21,412 nt of DNA from a virus, in IMG/VR virus record IMGVR_UViG_3300015202_000003, positions 1-21,412 of that record; one strand, written 5' to 3'. Positions 1 through 8,121 of this stretch are shown in pieces (position 1 is the first letter of the stretch; each line of letters opens with the position of its first letter). The notes under the pieces are model-generated. The model made no database searches and was not told the DNA's origin. It saw only the letters and a list, made by a program, of their open reading frames with translations. The translations under genes and the position numbers were made by a program.

Positions 1-99
1 AGGGACACTGCGTAGCTCGTGGAGAGATTGTCAGACTTTTTTCGGAAAGCATATCTCAGTGAAGCAAGAATCCTGCTGCTTTAGCAGTGGGAGTGTCAA
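1..99 (+). mobile_element. Right end (omega-RNA scaffold plus terminal hairpin, ending TCAA) of a second copy of the tnpB element, cut by the window edge
   Basis: Bases 1-99 are identical to 4891-4989 and identity stops right after GAGTGTCAA. GAAT precedes the hairpin CCTGCTGC-TTTA-GCAGTGG. Confidence 0.92.
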
Positions 100-191
100 G
101 AAACTATAAAAAACATTTAGGGGAATTTGGTGTTAAATAGACGTTCAATAAAAACGAGGTTAAATTCAAACAGAATTTTTAAATACGAGAA

Positions 192-250
192 AAAAGACCT
201 ATTAAAAAAAGAATAGGAACGAACAGTCTTCTTTTTTTAATAGGTCTTTT
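192..250. terminator. Perfect 22-bp inverted repeat: bidirectional terminator or degenerate copy of the dispersed hairpin motif
   Basis: AAAAGACCTATTAAAAAAAGAA (192-213) pairs with 229-250. The loop contains GAACGAAC. Confidence 0.55.
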
Positions 251-299
251 ACGAAAAACTCCCTTGTTTCTTCTTCGTTGAGGAGTTAAATTATTATCT

Positions 300-1214
300 A
301 TGGTTAATTCACCTATTCAGTCCATTCAGTCCGAGCAGGTTGTTAGAGTTTTTATTACACCTGCCTTTGCAAAACGTTTATTGCAATTTAACACAGAAAA
401 CCGTCCTTTCAAAAAAAATCATGGAAGCCAAATCAAAGACTGTTTGGAAAACGACGAGTATTTTTTTAATGGTCAGACTATACAGCTTGGTCATGCAACT
501 ATTCCCGGTTTACAAAAGGGTCAAATTTTAGATGAAAACACAGAGATTGTTTGTGTTGATTCTATAAGAGTTCCTATTTTAATCGATGGTCAGCATCGTT
601 TAATAGCCTGTGTAGAAGCCGGGGTAGCTTTGGAAACTCTTCTTTTTTGCAACCCTTACCCTGATAAAAGAGCTTTAGCAACTATTGACAATACACGTCA
701 GAGAGGGGGAGCCGATCATTTGGCTATGATGAGAGAGAAAAATTACACTTTAATTTCGGCGTCTTTACGTGTTGTTTTGAACTTTAACAGTGATTTTATT
801 CTTTCCAGTAAAAATGCGTGGTCAAATAAAGAACTTGAAGAGGGTTTAAAAGCACATCCCGGAATCAGGGATAGTGTGGGATTGGTTGCAGTTATGAGAA
901 TCCCTGTAATGGTTGCTCCTCCGAGTCTTTTAGCAGCTTTTCATTATTTGTTTTCAAAGAAAGACTCTGTTTTAGCGAATAGATTTATATGTCGTTTGAT
1001 AGACGGCGTAGGTCTTCCTCAAGATTCTCCGATTTTGAAATTGAGAATGTCTTTGCTTCAAGGTAGATTGAACTCCAAACACAACATGAAAAGCAACCAT
1101 ATTTCTGCTTTAATAATTAAAGCATGGAATTACGAACGGAGAGGAAAAACGTTAAAAGTTCTTCGTTTTAATGAGACTGGAGATGCACCTGAATCTTTTC
1201 CTGTTATTCGTTAG
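300..1214 (+). CDS. ParB/Srx-like N-terminal domain (DGQHR motif) phage protein
   Basis: 304 aa. ITPAFAKRLL..NTENRP and ILIDGQHRL motifs typical of phage ParB-like proteins. Confidence 0.75.
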   Translation: MVNSPIQSIQSEQVVRVFITPAFAKRLLQFNTENRPFKKNHGSQIKDCLENDEYFFNGQTIQLGHATIPGLQKGQILDENTEIVCVDSIRVPILIDGQHRLIACVEAGVALETLLFCNPYPDKRALATIDNTRQRGGADHLAMMREKNYTLISASLRVVLNFNSDFILSSKNAWSNKELEEGLKAHPGIRDSVGLVAVMRIPVMVAPPSLLAAFHYLFSKKDSVLANRFICRLIDGVGLPQDSPILKLRMSLLQGRLNSKHNMKSNHISALIIKAWNYERRGKTLKVLRFNETGDAPESFPVIR

Positions 1215-1233
1215 TTTTTCTTTTTAAGAAATT

Positions 1234-1272
1234 AAAAGAAGAAGAGGTTTAAAAACCCCTTCTTCTTTTTTT
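1234..1272 (+). terminator. Intrinsic terminator-like hairpin after the ParB-like gene
   Basis: AAAAGAAGAAG-A-GGTTT / AAACC-C-CTTCTTCTTTT followed by a T-run. Confidence 0.6.
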
Positions 1273-1288
1273 AAGGAAATACTAAAAC

Positions 1289-1317
1289 TCATCCCCACTG
1301 CTTATAGGCGGGGATGA
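1289..1317. repeat. GC-rich palindrome resembling an IS200/IS605 end (REP-like relic)
   Basis: TCATCCCC...GGGGATGA. Shares GGGATGAA with the left end at 3071-3078 and CTGCTT with the right-end hairpin. Confidence 0.45.
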
Positions 1318-1412
1318 ATTTTAATTTTGTTAATTTTTCTTATAGTTTTCAAGCGGTTATAGCAAACACGTTAATATTTCAATTATTAGGTTAGAGGAGG
1401 TTTTAAATTAAA

Positions 1413-2072
1413 ATGAATTTAAAAGAATATTTGGACAAAAAAGAGCAGTTAAACAAAAAGGCTGAAAAAGTTAATTCTTTTATTAAACCTCTTGAGGAAA
1501 ACTTAGATTTTTTACATCGTGTGGAGGAACACAATATAGAGAAATTTAAATTGTCTAACATAGAGTTTTTTAATTTTATTTTCTTTCTTCCCGGCGATTT
1601 TTTAGTTTCCGAGGGGGCTAATTTTGTTTGGAGTTGTAATTACGAAGACACTCTTTTAAAGAAACTATCTCTTTTATCATTACAGGAGATAAAAATTTCA
1701 ATTGGTAAAGAAATTGAAATTTTAACTTTTGAATGGATAGACGATTACGACAAAGACTGGTCAGTTCAGTTGTCTCTTCCTTTGAGTTGGTTTGAAGTAG
1801 ACAACCCAATTGACAGTTTAAAAAATAAATTTGATTTGTGGGAAGCGGGAGAAACTAAGAAGAGAGAAAAGTTTTTAGAAAGTAAAATTAAAGTTTTGAG
1901 GGAAGAGTTAACAGGATCAAAAAACAGGTTTAAACCGGACACTACGAAAGAAAAAATTCAAGTAACACAAAAGAATATTGAAAAAGGTTTGAAAAACAAT
2001 TTTTTTAGTTGTCCATTAGTTTTAATTTTAATAGAAATTAAAAATTTAATTCTTGTGTCTCTTCGGATTTAA
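1413..2072 (+). CDS. Hypothetical protein
   Basis: 219-aa ORF with upstream GAGGAGG and genome-typical composition. Confidence 0.75.
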   Translation: MNLKEYLDKKEQLNKKAEKVNSFIKPLEENLDFLHRVEEHNIEKFKLSNIEFFNFIFFLPGDFLVSEGANFVWSCNYEDTLLKKLSLLSLQEIKISIGKEIEILTFEWIDDYDKDWSVQLSLPLSWFEVDNPIDSLKNKFDLWEAGETKKREKFLESKIKVLREELTGSKNRFKPDTTKEKIQVTQKNIEKGLKNNFFSCPLVLILIEIKNLILVSLRI

Positions 2073-2214
2073 TTTACGTTGAAAGAAGTTAATAACTAAG
2101 AATTAAAAAAGAAAGGAGTCTTCGTTCTTCTCTTTTTCAATTTTTCTTTCCGTCCCTCAACCTTTTTTATCTTCTAAACCCAAATAAATTTTTTTAAAAC
2201 TCATAAAGATTTCT

Positions 2215-2724
2215 ATGGGTTTCATTAAACAAGGTTTTTTACAGGTTCAATTAAAACTGCAAGTCAACTCTTCTCGTAAAAAGGGTTTATATCAGTTAAT
2301 TCAAAACTGTTCAAATAAAAATAATTTATCTTTCTCTCTTTTATTAGCGTTAGCTTCAAGAGAAACCGGAATACGAAATATTTACGGAGATCGCAAATTT
2401 GGGCATGGGGCGTTCCAGATAGATTCCCATTCTTTTCCTGAAATTTGTAAACATAGTTTTTTAACGGAGCCAATGTTATTTTTAAATACGGGGGCGAATT
2501 TATTAAAAAATAACATTGAGTGGGCAGAGAAAACATGGCCTAAATTTTCCCCTCAGCAACATTTGAAGTGTGCTTTAGCAGCCTACAATTGTGGTAAGGG
2601 AAACGTTGTTAAAGCCGTAGCTGACGGCAATTGTGATTTATATACCGCTCATTCAAATTACGGTGTAGACATTTTAAATCGCAAGCAAACAATTGAGAAT
2701 ATGAGTTTGGATAAATTAAAATAG
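2215..2724 (+). CDS. Goose-type lysozyme / lytic transglycosylase (SLT, GH23-like), candidate endolysin
   Basis: Catalytic ASRET, then GHGAFQID, AAYNCG and YGVDIL motifs in the expected order. Confidence 0.8.
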   Translation: MGFIKQGFLQVQLKLQVNSSRKKGLYQLIQNCSNKNNLSFSLLLALASRETGIRNIYGDRKFGHGAFQIDSHSFPEICKHSFLTEPMLFLNTGANLLKNNIEWAEKTWPKFSPQQHLKCALAAYNCGKGNVVKAVADGNCDLYTAHSNYGVDILNRKQTIENMSLDKLK

Positions 2725-2775
2725 CAGTTATTAAAAAAACTTAGAATCTTCGTCTTTTTTGTTTCGTATGAATAA
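2725..2775 (+). promoter_or_regulatory. Putative promoter upstream of the tRNA-Leu locus
   Basis: The CAGTTATTAAA...AGAA.CTT...CGTATGAATAA arrangement recurs at 9553-9604, upstream of tRNA-Arg. Confidence 0.5.
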
Positions 2776-2840
2776 GGGTAAGAATCTTCCGCTTCTTACA
2801 GCTAAAGTGACGTTTAGGGGAATCGTCTAAAAAACCTTTT

Positions 2841-2876
2841 GCAGGTGTGGTGAAATGGCAAACACAGAGAGTTTAG
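2841..2876 (+). pseudogene. 5' half of tRNA-Leu (anticodon TAG, or TAA interrupted by an intron); 3' half not found in window
   Basis: GCAGGTG acceptor arm, TG, Leu-type D arm GTG-AAATGGCAAA-CAC, then GAGAG and TTTAG. I found no downstream CTCTC...TTCGA...CACCTGC. Confidence 0.7.
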
Positions 2877-2935
2877 TTTACGGTAGGAAAGTAAAATTTC
2901 GATTTTGATATTTTTATTTGGGGTATACTCTTTGT

Positions 2936-3034
2936 ATGAAAAGAACCACATCCAAAAGAACATAAAAATGGGGTGAAGAATGATAATAGGTTAGAGAATT
3001 TAGAACTTCTTTGTCCTAATTGCCATTCTTTTAC
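2936..3034 (+). pseudogene. Internally deleted HNH endonuclease remnant interrupted by the tnpB element (frame resumes at 4990-5044)
   Basis: ATG start MKRTTSKR, then in another frame 2961-3034 reads HKNGVKNDNRLENLELLCPNCHSFT. Removing 3035-4989 gives in-frame CHSFT-RQW. Confidence 0.8.
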
Positions 3035-3197
3035 ACTAAATTGTATTTGAAAGCCCGTTCCTTTAGGGACGGGATGAAAAATTTATCGTTGCGAAGCAGC
3101 GAAACTAATTAAAATTTGAAACTTATTTCTCCCATGTCCGTTTATAATAAGAAAGAAGTTGTTATAAAATGTTAATTGCCTCAATAACTTTAAAGTG

Positions 3198-3815
3198 ATG
3201 ATTACTACAACAAAAAAGCGGGAGATGGCTGATTATTATTTGAAAGGTTTCTCCCTTACAGAAACAGCTAAGGAATTTGGAATTAATTCAGCAACTGTTC
3301 ACAATATTCTCAAAAAGTTAGGGATACCCCGAAGAACTGTGTCAGAGGGAAATTCTCTAAAATGGTTGAATTCTGATTTTCGTGATAATCAGGTAGATAA
3401 GAGGGTTGGAGTTTCATCAGGGGCTAAAGGTAAAAGTTGGAAATTAAAACATAGGAAATACTCCCCAAAAATGATAGGTGCAGGTAATCCTCAATGGAAA
3501 GGTGGGGTTACTAAACTAAGTTCTTTAATTAGATCTTTACCAGAATATATATTGTGGAGAGAAAAAATATTTAAGAGGGATAATTGGACTTGTCAAATCT
3601 GTTCTGATAGAACTTGCGTAGGTAATAAAGTTATTCTTCATGCTGATCATATTTACCCACTTCATAAATTAATTGAGGAGAACCAGATTAAATCCGTTCT
3701 AGAAGCTATTTTATGTGAACATCTATGGGAAATAGATAACGGAAGATGTCTTTGTATAGATTGCCATAAAAAGACAGATACTTTTGGGAAAAATGCTAAA
3801 AAGCTTTCGATATAG
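3198..3815 (+). CDS. HNH endonuclease with N-terminal HTH and NUMOD3-like motif
   Basis: HTH (SLTETAKEFGINSATVHNIL), GNPQWKGG, CQIC, HADHI, NGRCLCIDCH. Alternative GTG start at 3195. Confidence 0.88.
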   Translation: MITTTKKREMADYYLKGFSLTETAKEFGINSATVHNILKKLGIPRRTVSEGNSLKWLNSDFRDNQVDKRVGVSSGAKGKSWKLKHRKYSPKMIGAGNPQWKGGVTKLSSLIRSLPEYILWREKIFKRDNWTCQICSDRTCVGNKVILHADHIYPLHKLIEENQIKSVLEAILCEHLWEIDNGRCLCIDCHKKTDTFGKNAKKLSI

Positions 3816-4905
3816 GATATACCCAAATAAAATACAACAAGATACGCTAAACAAAACGTTTGGGTGTTCTCGTTTCATTTATAACTGGGGCCTATCTCTT
3901 AAAATAAGCAGTTATATGAATACTGGTAAAGGATTGTCACGGTTTGCTCTTGACAAAGACCTTCCTAAATTAAAAGCAGAAAACCCTTGGCTTTCGGAAG
4001 TTCCTTCCCAAGTTTTACAACAAAGTTTGGTTGACCTCGATAAAGCCTTCACTAACTTTTTTAGAAAAACTACCAAATTTCCAAACTTTAAGAAAAAAAG
4101 AACAGATGCGTCTTGTAGATTTCCACAGGGTATCAAGGTTGATTTTGAAACTAACATAATATCTTTACCCAAACTGGGAAAAGTAAAAATTAAACTTAGT
4201 CGTAAATTTGTAGGCACAATTAAATCTTGCACAGTATCAAGAGGTTCTACTGGAAAGTTCTACGTATCAATTTTAGTAGATGATGGGGTCGGAGAAATTC
4301 CGAAACTTCCAATTCACCAAGACAGAGCAATTGGTGTTGATGTGGGACTTATTGATTTTATTACGACCTCTAAGGGAGAGAAAGTTAAAGCTCCTAAGTT
4401 TTATCGCGGTTTAGAAACTAAACTCAAGGAGGCCCAAAGGTTTGAGTCGAGAAAGAAGAAAGGTAGTAACAACAGAAAAAAAGCGAGACAAAGAGTAAAC
4501 CTTATTCACGAAAAGATTAAGAATTTAAGGTCTGATTTCCTTCATAAAACAAGCACTCGATTAGTTAATGAAAACCAAGTTATTTGTATCGAGGATTTAA
4601 ATGTGAAAGGAATGATGAAGAACCGAAAATTGTCTAAGAGTATCGGAGATGTGGGTTGGTCTGAATTTTTTAGGATGTTGGAATACAAATCTGAAAAAGT
4701 TGGAAAAACAGTTTTGAAGATTAATCGTTTTCAACCGAGTTCAAAAATATGTTCTTGTGGGGAAGTTAACAAAATCCTGACTCTTTCTGATAGAAAATGG
4801 ACTTGTTCTAATTGTAATTTGACTCACGATAGAGATGTATTAGCAGCACAAAATATTCTCAAGTTCGCTTTTTTAGAAAATTTAACGCGCAGGGACACTG
4901 CGTAG
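3793..4905 (+). CDS. tnpB: RNA-guided endonuclease TnpB
   Basis: N-terminal FRYRIYPN...FGCSRFIYN, RuvC-I GVDVG, RuvC-II IEDL, zinc finger CSCG/CSNC, RuvC-III DRDVLAAQN. The three acidic catalytic residues are intact. ATG at 3793 overlaps the HNH gene by 23 nt. Confidence 0.96.
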   Translation: MLKSFRYRIYPNKIQQDTLNKTFGCSRFIYNWGLSLKISSYMNTGKGLSRFALDKDLPKLKAENPWLSEVPSQVLQQSLVDLDKAFTNFFRKTTKFPNFKKKRTDASCRFPQGIKVDFETNIISLPKLGKVKIKLSRKFVGTIKSCTVSRGSTGKFYVSILVDDGVGEIPKLPIHQDRAIGVDVGLIDFITTSKGEKVKAPKFYRGLETKLKEAQRFESRKKKGSNNRKKARQRVNLIHEKIKNLRSDFLHKTSTRLVNENQVICIEDLNVKGMMKNRKLSKSIGDVGWSEFFRMLEYKSEKVGKTVLKINRFQPSSKICSCGEVNKILTLSDRKWTCSNCNLTHDRDVLAAQNILKFAFLENLTRRDTA

Positions 4906-5009
4906 CTCGTGGAGAGATTGTCAGACTTTTTTCGGAAAGCATATCTCAGTGAAGCAAGAATCCTGCTGCTTTAGCAGTGGGAGTGTCAAAAGGCAATGGA
5001 CGGCAGTAT
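4870..5009 (+). ncRNA. TnpB omega-RNA (reRNA): scaffold to 4989, guide from 4990 (AAGGCAATGGACGGCAGTAT); 5' end approximate
   Basis: TnpB guide RNAs are known to derive from the right end, overlap the tnpB 3' end and use the flank as guide. Scaffold is identical at 1-99. Confidence 0.75.
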
Positions 5010-5051
5010 TTCTTGGAAAGCAATTTCCAATAAGTTTTTGCTAAAAGAAAA

Positions 5052-5396
5052 ATGATAAATTTCACAAGAGAGCAGTTTTTTGAAAAATATAAAAACGATC
5101 ATGCTTATGCTAAAAACCAATGGAGACAACTTATTAAATTGACCAAAGAAGAAATTGATAAGTTTAGAGAATTAAAAAAGAAAGAAGGAGAGGTGGTAAT
5201 AATCACCAGATGGGAAAAAAATATTCTTTGTGTTCTCACGGCTGTTATTTTAGATGATTTAGAAAATGATTCCGTGGGACGATACTCTTCCTATCCGTTT
5301 GATATTCGTCTTAACCCATTAGATAAAAACAAACTTGGTTTTTGGACAAGAAAAATAAATAATATAGAACTATATCAAATTATAACAACGAGTTAG
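5052..5396 (+). CDS. Hypothetical protein
   Basis: 114-aa ORF, co-oriented, typical composition. Confidence 0.65.
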   Translation: MINFTREQFFEKYKNDHAYAKNQWRQLIKLTKEEIDKFRELKKKEGEVVIITRWEKNILCVLTAVILDDLENDSVGRYSSYPFDIRLNPLDKNKLGFWTRKINNIELYQIITTS

Positions 5397-5616
5397 AAGT
5401 TTGTAAAATTATGTTAGATATGTCTGAGGCAATAAAAACACACAATAGACAAATCACTTAAAGACCTTAAAAGCGGGTTAATTTACGTTGAAAGAAAGAA
5501 ATGCAATAGCGAAACAGGGGGCAACTTAAAAATTTGTGTAAGAACAGCGCAAAGGTTCGTTTTTCTCTTTCCTTATTTAGGACAAACTATTTGGAAATTC
5601 TATAAATTATTTTCTT

Positions 5617-6703
5617 CAGCATCCCCTTTAGCGTAACGGAACGCGCTTGAACGGCAAGCGTATGTATCAGGGAGGGCGCCCTGTGCGCCCCTGTTGAAAC
5701 ACCATGCAAAACACACACTCCGAAATCAAGGCCCAAATCAAGATCATCATGGCTCGCCAGACGGCGCTGACGCTTGACCCGCAAAGCCTCGCGCCACGCG
5801 GTTCGTTCTATCTTTTCACCGACGAGGCTCGCTCCCAGATGTGCGCGATTCGAGGCGAGGCCCGCCCGCTTTACGAGCGACTTTCGCGCGGCGATTTTCT
5901 TCGCGCTTAAACCTGACGGAAAACATTGTGACACAAACCAAACTACTCGCCTTTCATGGCGACCCGGCTATCAAAGCCAAATACGTTTCGCGACTGCGCG
6001 CCCATCATGCGCAAGACCAAATTGTTCAGGGCTTTTATTGTGTTGGCGACCCTGAGAAGGGCACGTTTCGCGGATGTGCAGTCGGCTGCACTCTTAACGG
6101 TAGTGATCACAGTGCCTATCCTGACGAAATTGGCTATCCCACCGTGCTGGCTCACTTGGAGGACTCAATTTTTGAGGGATTGCCCGCGTCCGAGGCGCCG
6201 CAGTTTGCGGTAGATTTTCTTGACGTGGTGGCACCGCGCGCCGACCTGTCTCTCGTGTGGCCTCACTTCGCGCTGTGGATGCTATCTGACAAAAAACACG
6301 GCGTGCTACGCTTGGCAAATGAGGGCACCCGCCCCTCTATTGAAGGAGTGATTGCGCTTTTTCGTCGCGTTGTGGAGGGGGAGGTTGTTCACGGGTATGA
6401 GTGGCAAAATGCTGCTTCCTTCGCCTCTGCCACCGCCTACGCCACCGCCCGACGCGAAGACACCGCCGCCAACCTTGCCTTCACCGCTCACGCCACTGCC
6501 TTTTCCTCTGTCTACGCCTACGCCGATTTCGCCGCTCCCGCCTCCGCTCACGCTGCCACCGCCGACGCTGCTTTCGCCGCCTACGCCACCGCCCACTTCG
6601 CCGAAGACACCGCCGCTGCCGTTGCCCGCGCTCGCTCCGCCTACGCCCGCTCCCGTCAGAGACAAGCGTCGCAGCTGCTGCAATTTCTAAGGACGGCTCC
6701 TGT
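5617..6703. other. GC-rich horizontally acquired island (boundaries approximate)
   Basis: Abrupt shift from AT-rich sequence to roughly 55-60% GC by eye and back, with C/G-ending codons. Confidence 0.85.
5704..5910 (+). CDS. Small hypothetical protein in the GC island
   Basis: 68 aa, GC-type codon usage, ends 17 nt before the next start. Confidence 0.55.
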   Translation: MQNTHSEIKAQIKIIMARQTALTLDPQSLAPRGSFYLFTDEARSQMCAIRGEARPLYERLSRGDFLRA

Positions 6704-6719
6704 GTGTTTAGAATTTTAA
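5928..6719 (+). CDS. Phage hypothetical protein with Ala-rich low-complexity C-terminal region
   Basis: Likely GTG start at 5928 after GGA. AFHGDPAIK, GCAVGC, LEDSIFEGLP and ADLSLVW resemble a recurrent phage family; Ala/Thr/Tyr repeats at ~6411-6655. Confidence 0.8.
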   Translation: MTQTKLLAFHGDPAIKAKYVSRLRAHHAQDQIVQGFYCVGDPEKGTFRGCAVGCTLNGSDHSAYPDEIGYPTVLAHLEDSIFEGLPASEAPQFAVDFLDVVAPRADLSLVWPHFALWMLSDKKHGVLRLANEGTRPSIEGVIALFRRVVEGEVVHGYEWQNAASFASATAYATARREDTAANLAFTAHATAFSSVYAYADFAAPASAHAATADAAFAAYATAHFAEDTAAAVARARSAYARSRQRQASQLLQFLRTAPVCLEF

Positions 6720-6753
6720 AGGAAACTTTTTTTAAATTTTAATTTTAGTTATT

Positions 6754-6796
6754 AAAAAAACAAAGAATCTTCGTTCTTAGTTTTTTGTCTCATAAT
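6754..6796 (+). promoter_or_regulatory. TCTTCG-loop hairpin followed 17 nt later by CATAAT (putative promoter)
   Basis: Loop at 6768-6773, CATAAT at 6791-6796, ATG at 6799. Same spacing at 19218-19246 (TATAAA). Confidence 0.5.
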
Positions 6797-6798
6797 TT

Positions 6799-6969
6799 AT
6801 GAAATACAAAGTGAGCGGAACTGTTGAAATTAATTGGGAAAAAGTAGTCACTGCTGATTCTCTCGAAGAAGCGGAAGAGTTGGCAATTAGTTATGTTGAG
6901 GATGGTGATTGTGAATTTTCGGGTTTAGTGGGAAAAGTTGATTTTTCTGGGCTTATTTTGGAGGATTAA
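6799..6969 (+). CDS. Small acidic phage protein (DpnD/PcfM-like), not in the ORF track
   Basis: MKYKVSGTVEINWEKVVTADSLEEAEELA...; 56 aa with the VxAxSxEEA pattern. Confidence 0.75.
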   Translation: MKYKVSGTVEINWEKVVTADSLEEAEELAISYVEDGDCEFSGLVGKVDFSGLILED

Positions 6970-7124
6970 AAAATATGAGGGAAGAAAAGAACATTTACCT
7001 TCAACTTTTTTTGAAGTTTTGGAACCTTCCAAAAAATTAATTTGCAAAAGAGGTTTAAATAGAAGATTTGAAAAAGCAATTGAGGATGAAATTGCACAAG
7101 CAGGAGGTTTTTTTTAATAGATAT

Positions 7125-7643
7125 ATGACAGAGACTTTAAATGAAAAAGAGGATATAAAGTTTGTTTCTTCCGAGGAACACCTTTTAGATTTATTGGCGG
7201 GCTGGGGTAATTTTGTGATGACAAAGGGGCATACTTCTAAAATCGAAGGGGGTCATCAGCCTTTTAATTTTTATCAATTGGCGGGTTCTTTAATGGGGGA
7301 GTGGGAGAATTTAACAAAAGAACAAAGAGATATTAAGGTAAGAGAGTTTTTTGATGAAAATATTTTTCCTTATATTTTTAAAGGGGAAACCCGTGTTCCT
7401 CATAAATTTGTTTTAAATACTTTTTATTCTGATGGTGGCGTTTACGAAAGAAAAACTTTTCACACTGTCGAAGAAGCAGAGTTGTTTTTGGAAACGACAC
7501 ACGGCTATAAAAATTTAGTTAAGAAGGAAGAGGAGGGCACAATTCAATTTTTCGATCCTAATTCCGAGCCTAATCCTTGGGCACAATCTTACGACACAGA
7601 CGAGTTGGGCTGTTTAGTTGGAAAATTAAAGACAAAGTTTTAG
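7125..7643 (+). CDS. Hypothetical protein
   Basis: Frame open from 7068; ATG at 7125 chosen, start uncertain. Confidence 0.75.
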   Translation: MTETLNEKEDIKFVSSEEHLLDLLAGWGNFVMTKGHTSKIEGGHQPFNFYQLAGSLMGEWENLTKEQRDIKVREFFDENIFPYIFKGETRVPHKFVLNTFYSDGGVYERKTFHTVEEAELFLETTHGYKNLVKKEEEGTIQFFDPNSEPNPWAQSYDTDELGCLVGKLKTKF

Positions 7644-7665
7644 GTTTTTAAAAGATTTCTTTTCT

Positions 7666-7935
7666 ATGGTTTCTCCTTTAGTTTTTTGTGTTCCAGAAAT
7701 CTTCACTGAGTTTAGGTGTTCTCCCAGTAATTTTTGGTTGGGGGAACACTGTGCGGTTTTCAATTTCTCCTTTAAAAATCGAAAAGCGGATTTAGAGTTT
7801 TATAAGAGTGGGGAAATATCACTAAAGTTATATGTTTTAAATGACTATAACGAATCCGTTGTAAGGGAAATAGAAGAAAATGAATTTTCAATAAAAGAGG
7901 CAGTTAAAGAAGCAATTTCTTTTCTAAGTTTTTAG
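7666..7935 (+). CDS. Hypothetical protein
   Basis: 89-aa co-oriented ORF. Confidence 0.6.
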   Translation: MVSPLVFCVPEIFTEFRCSPSNFWLGEHCAVFNFSFKNRKADLEFYKSGEISLKLYVLNDYNESVVREIEENEFSIKEAVKEAISFLSF

Positions 7936-7971
7936 ATGTAAATCATTTCTTTTTAAGGCTTCTTTTTTTCT

Positions 7972-8121
7972 ATGTTTTCTTTATACGAATTTAAAAAACT
8001 AACTTGGAAGCAAGCTTTTTGTTTGCATAGATTTTTCGGTATAAAATCGAACGATTATTTTGGAACACAGAGAATCTGTAGCAAGTGCGGTTTAGAGAAA
8101 TACGAGAAGTTTAAATTTTAA
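7972..8121 (+). CDS. Small Zn-binding phage protein (CxH...CxxCG), not in the ORF track
   Basis: 49 aa with FCLHRF...ICSKCG; stop codon abuts the next ATG. Confidence 0.65.
   Translation: MFSLYEFKKLTWKQAFCLHRFFGIKSNDYFGTQRICSKCGLEKYEKFKF

Larger units (their letters stand above)
3035..4989 (+). mobile_element. Non-autonomous IS200/IS605-family element (no tnpA) carrying HNH plus tnpB
   Basis: TTAC (3031-3034), 15 nt, AAAG, then hairpin CCCGTTCC-TTTA-GGGACGGG. Right end is GAAT + hairpin + TCAA (4986-4989). Same geometry as IS608 ends; no target duplication. Confidence 0.9.

Noticed and set aside
3046-3050. TTTGA as the TnpB target motif and left boundary
   Set aside because: TTAC sits 15-17 nt before AAAG-hairpin at all three left-end-like sites, as in IS608, and only that boundary restores the interrupted HNH frame.
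3783-3815. -1 frameshift fusing HNH to TnpB at GGGAAAA
   Set aside because: tnpB is in the +1 frame relative to HNH and has its own ATG at 3793, so translational coupling is simpler.
6411-6656. Diversity-generating retroelement variable repeat
   Set aside because: No adenine-rich template repeat or reverse transcriptase in the window, and differences between the two internal repeats are not adenine-specific.
5587-6742. Overlapping ORFs in the GC island (5587-5934, 5774-6055, 5943-6155, 5956-6213, 6094-6318, 6306-6683, 6352-6690, 6401-6742)
   Set aside because: Shadow frames caused by high GC and the GCC-repeat tract. The Pro-, Arg- and Gly-rich products are alternative readings of the Ala repeat.
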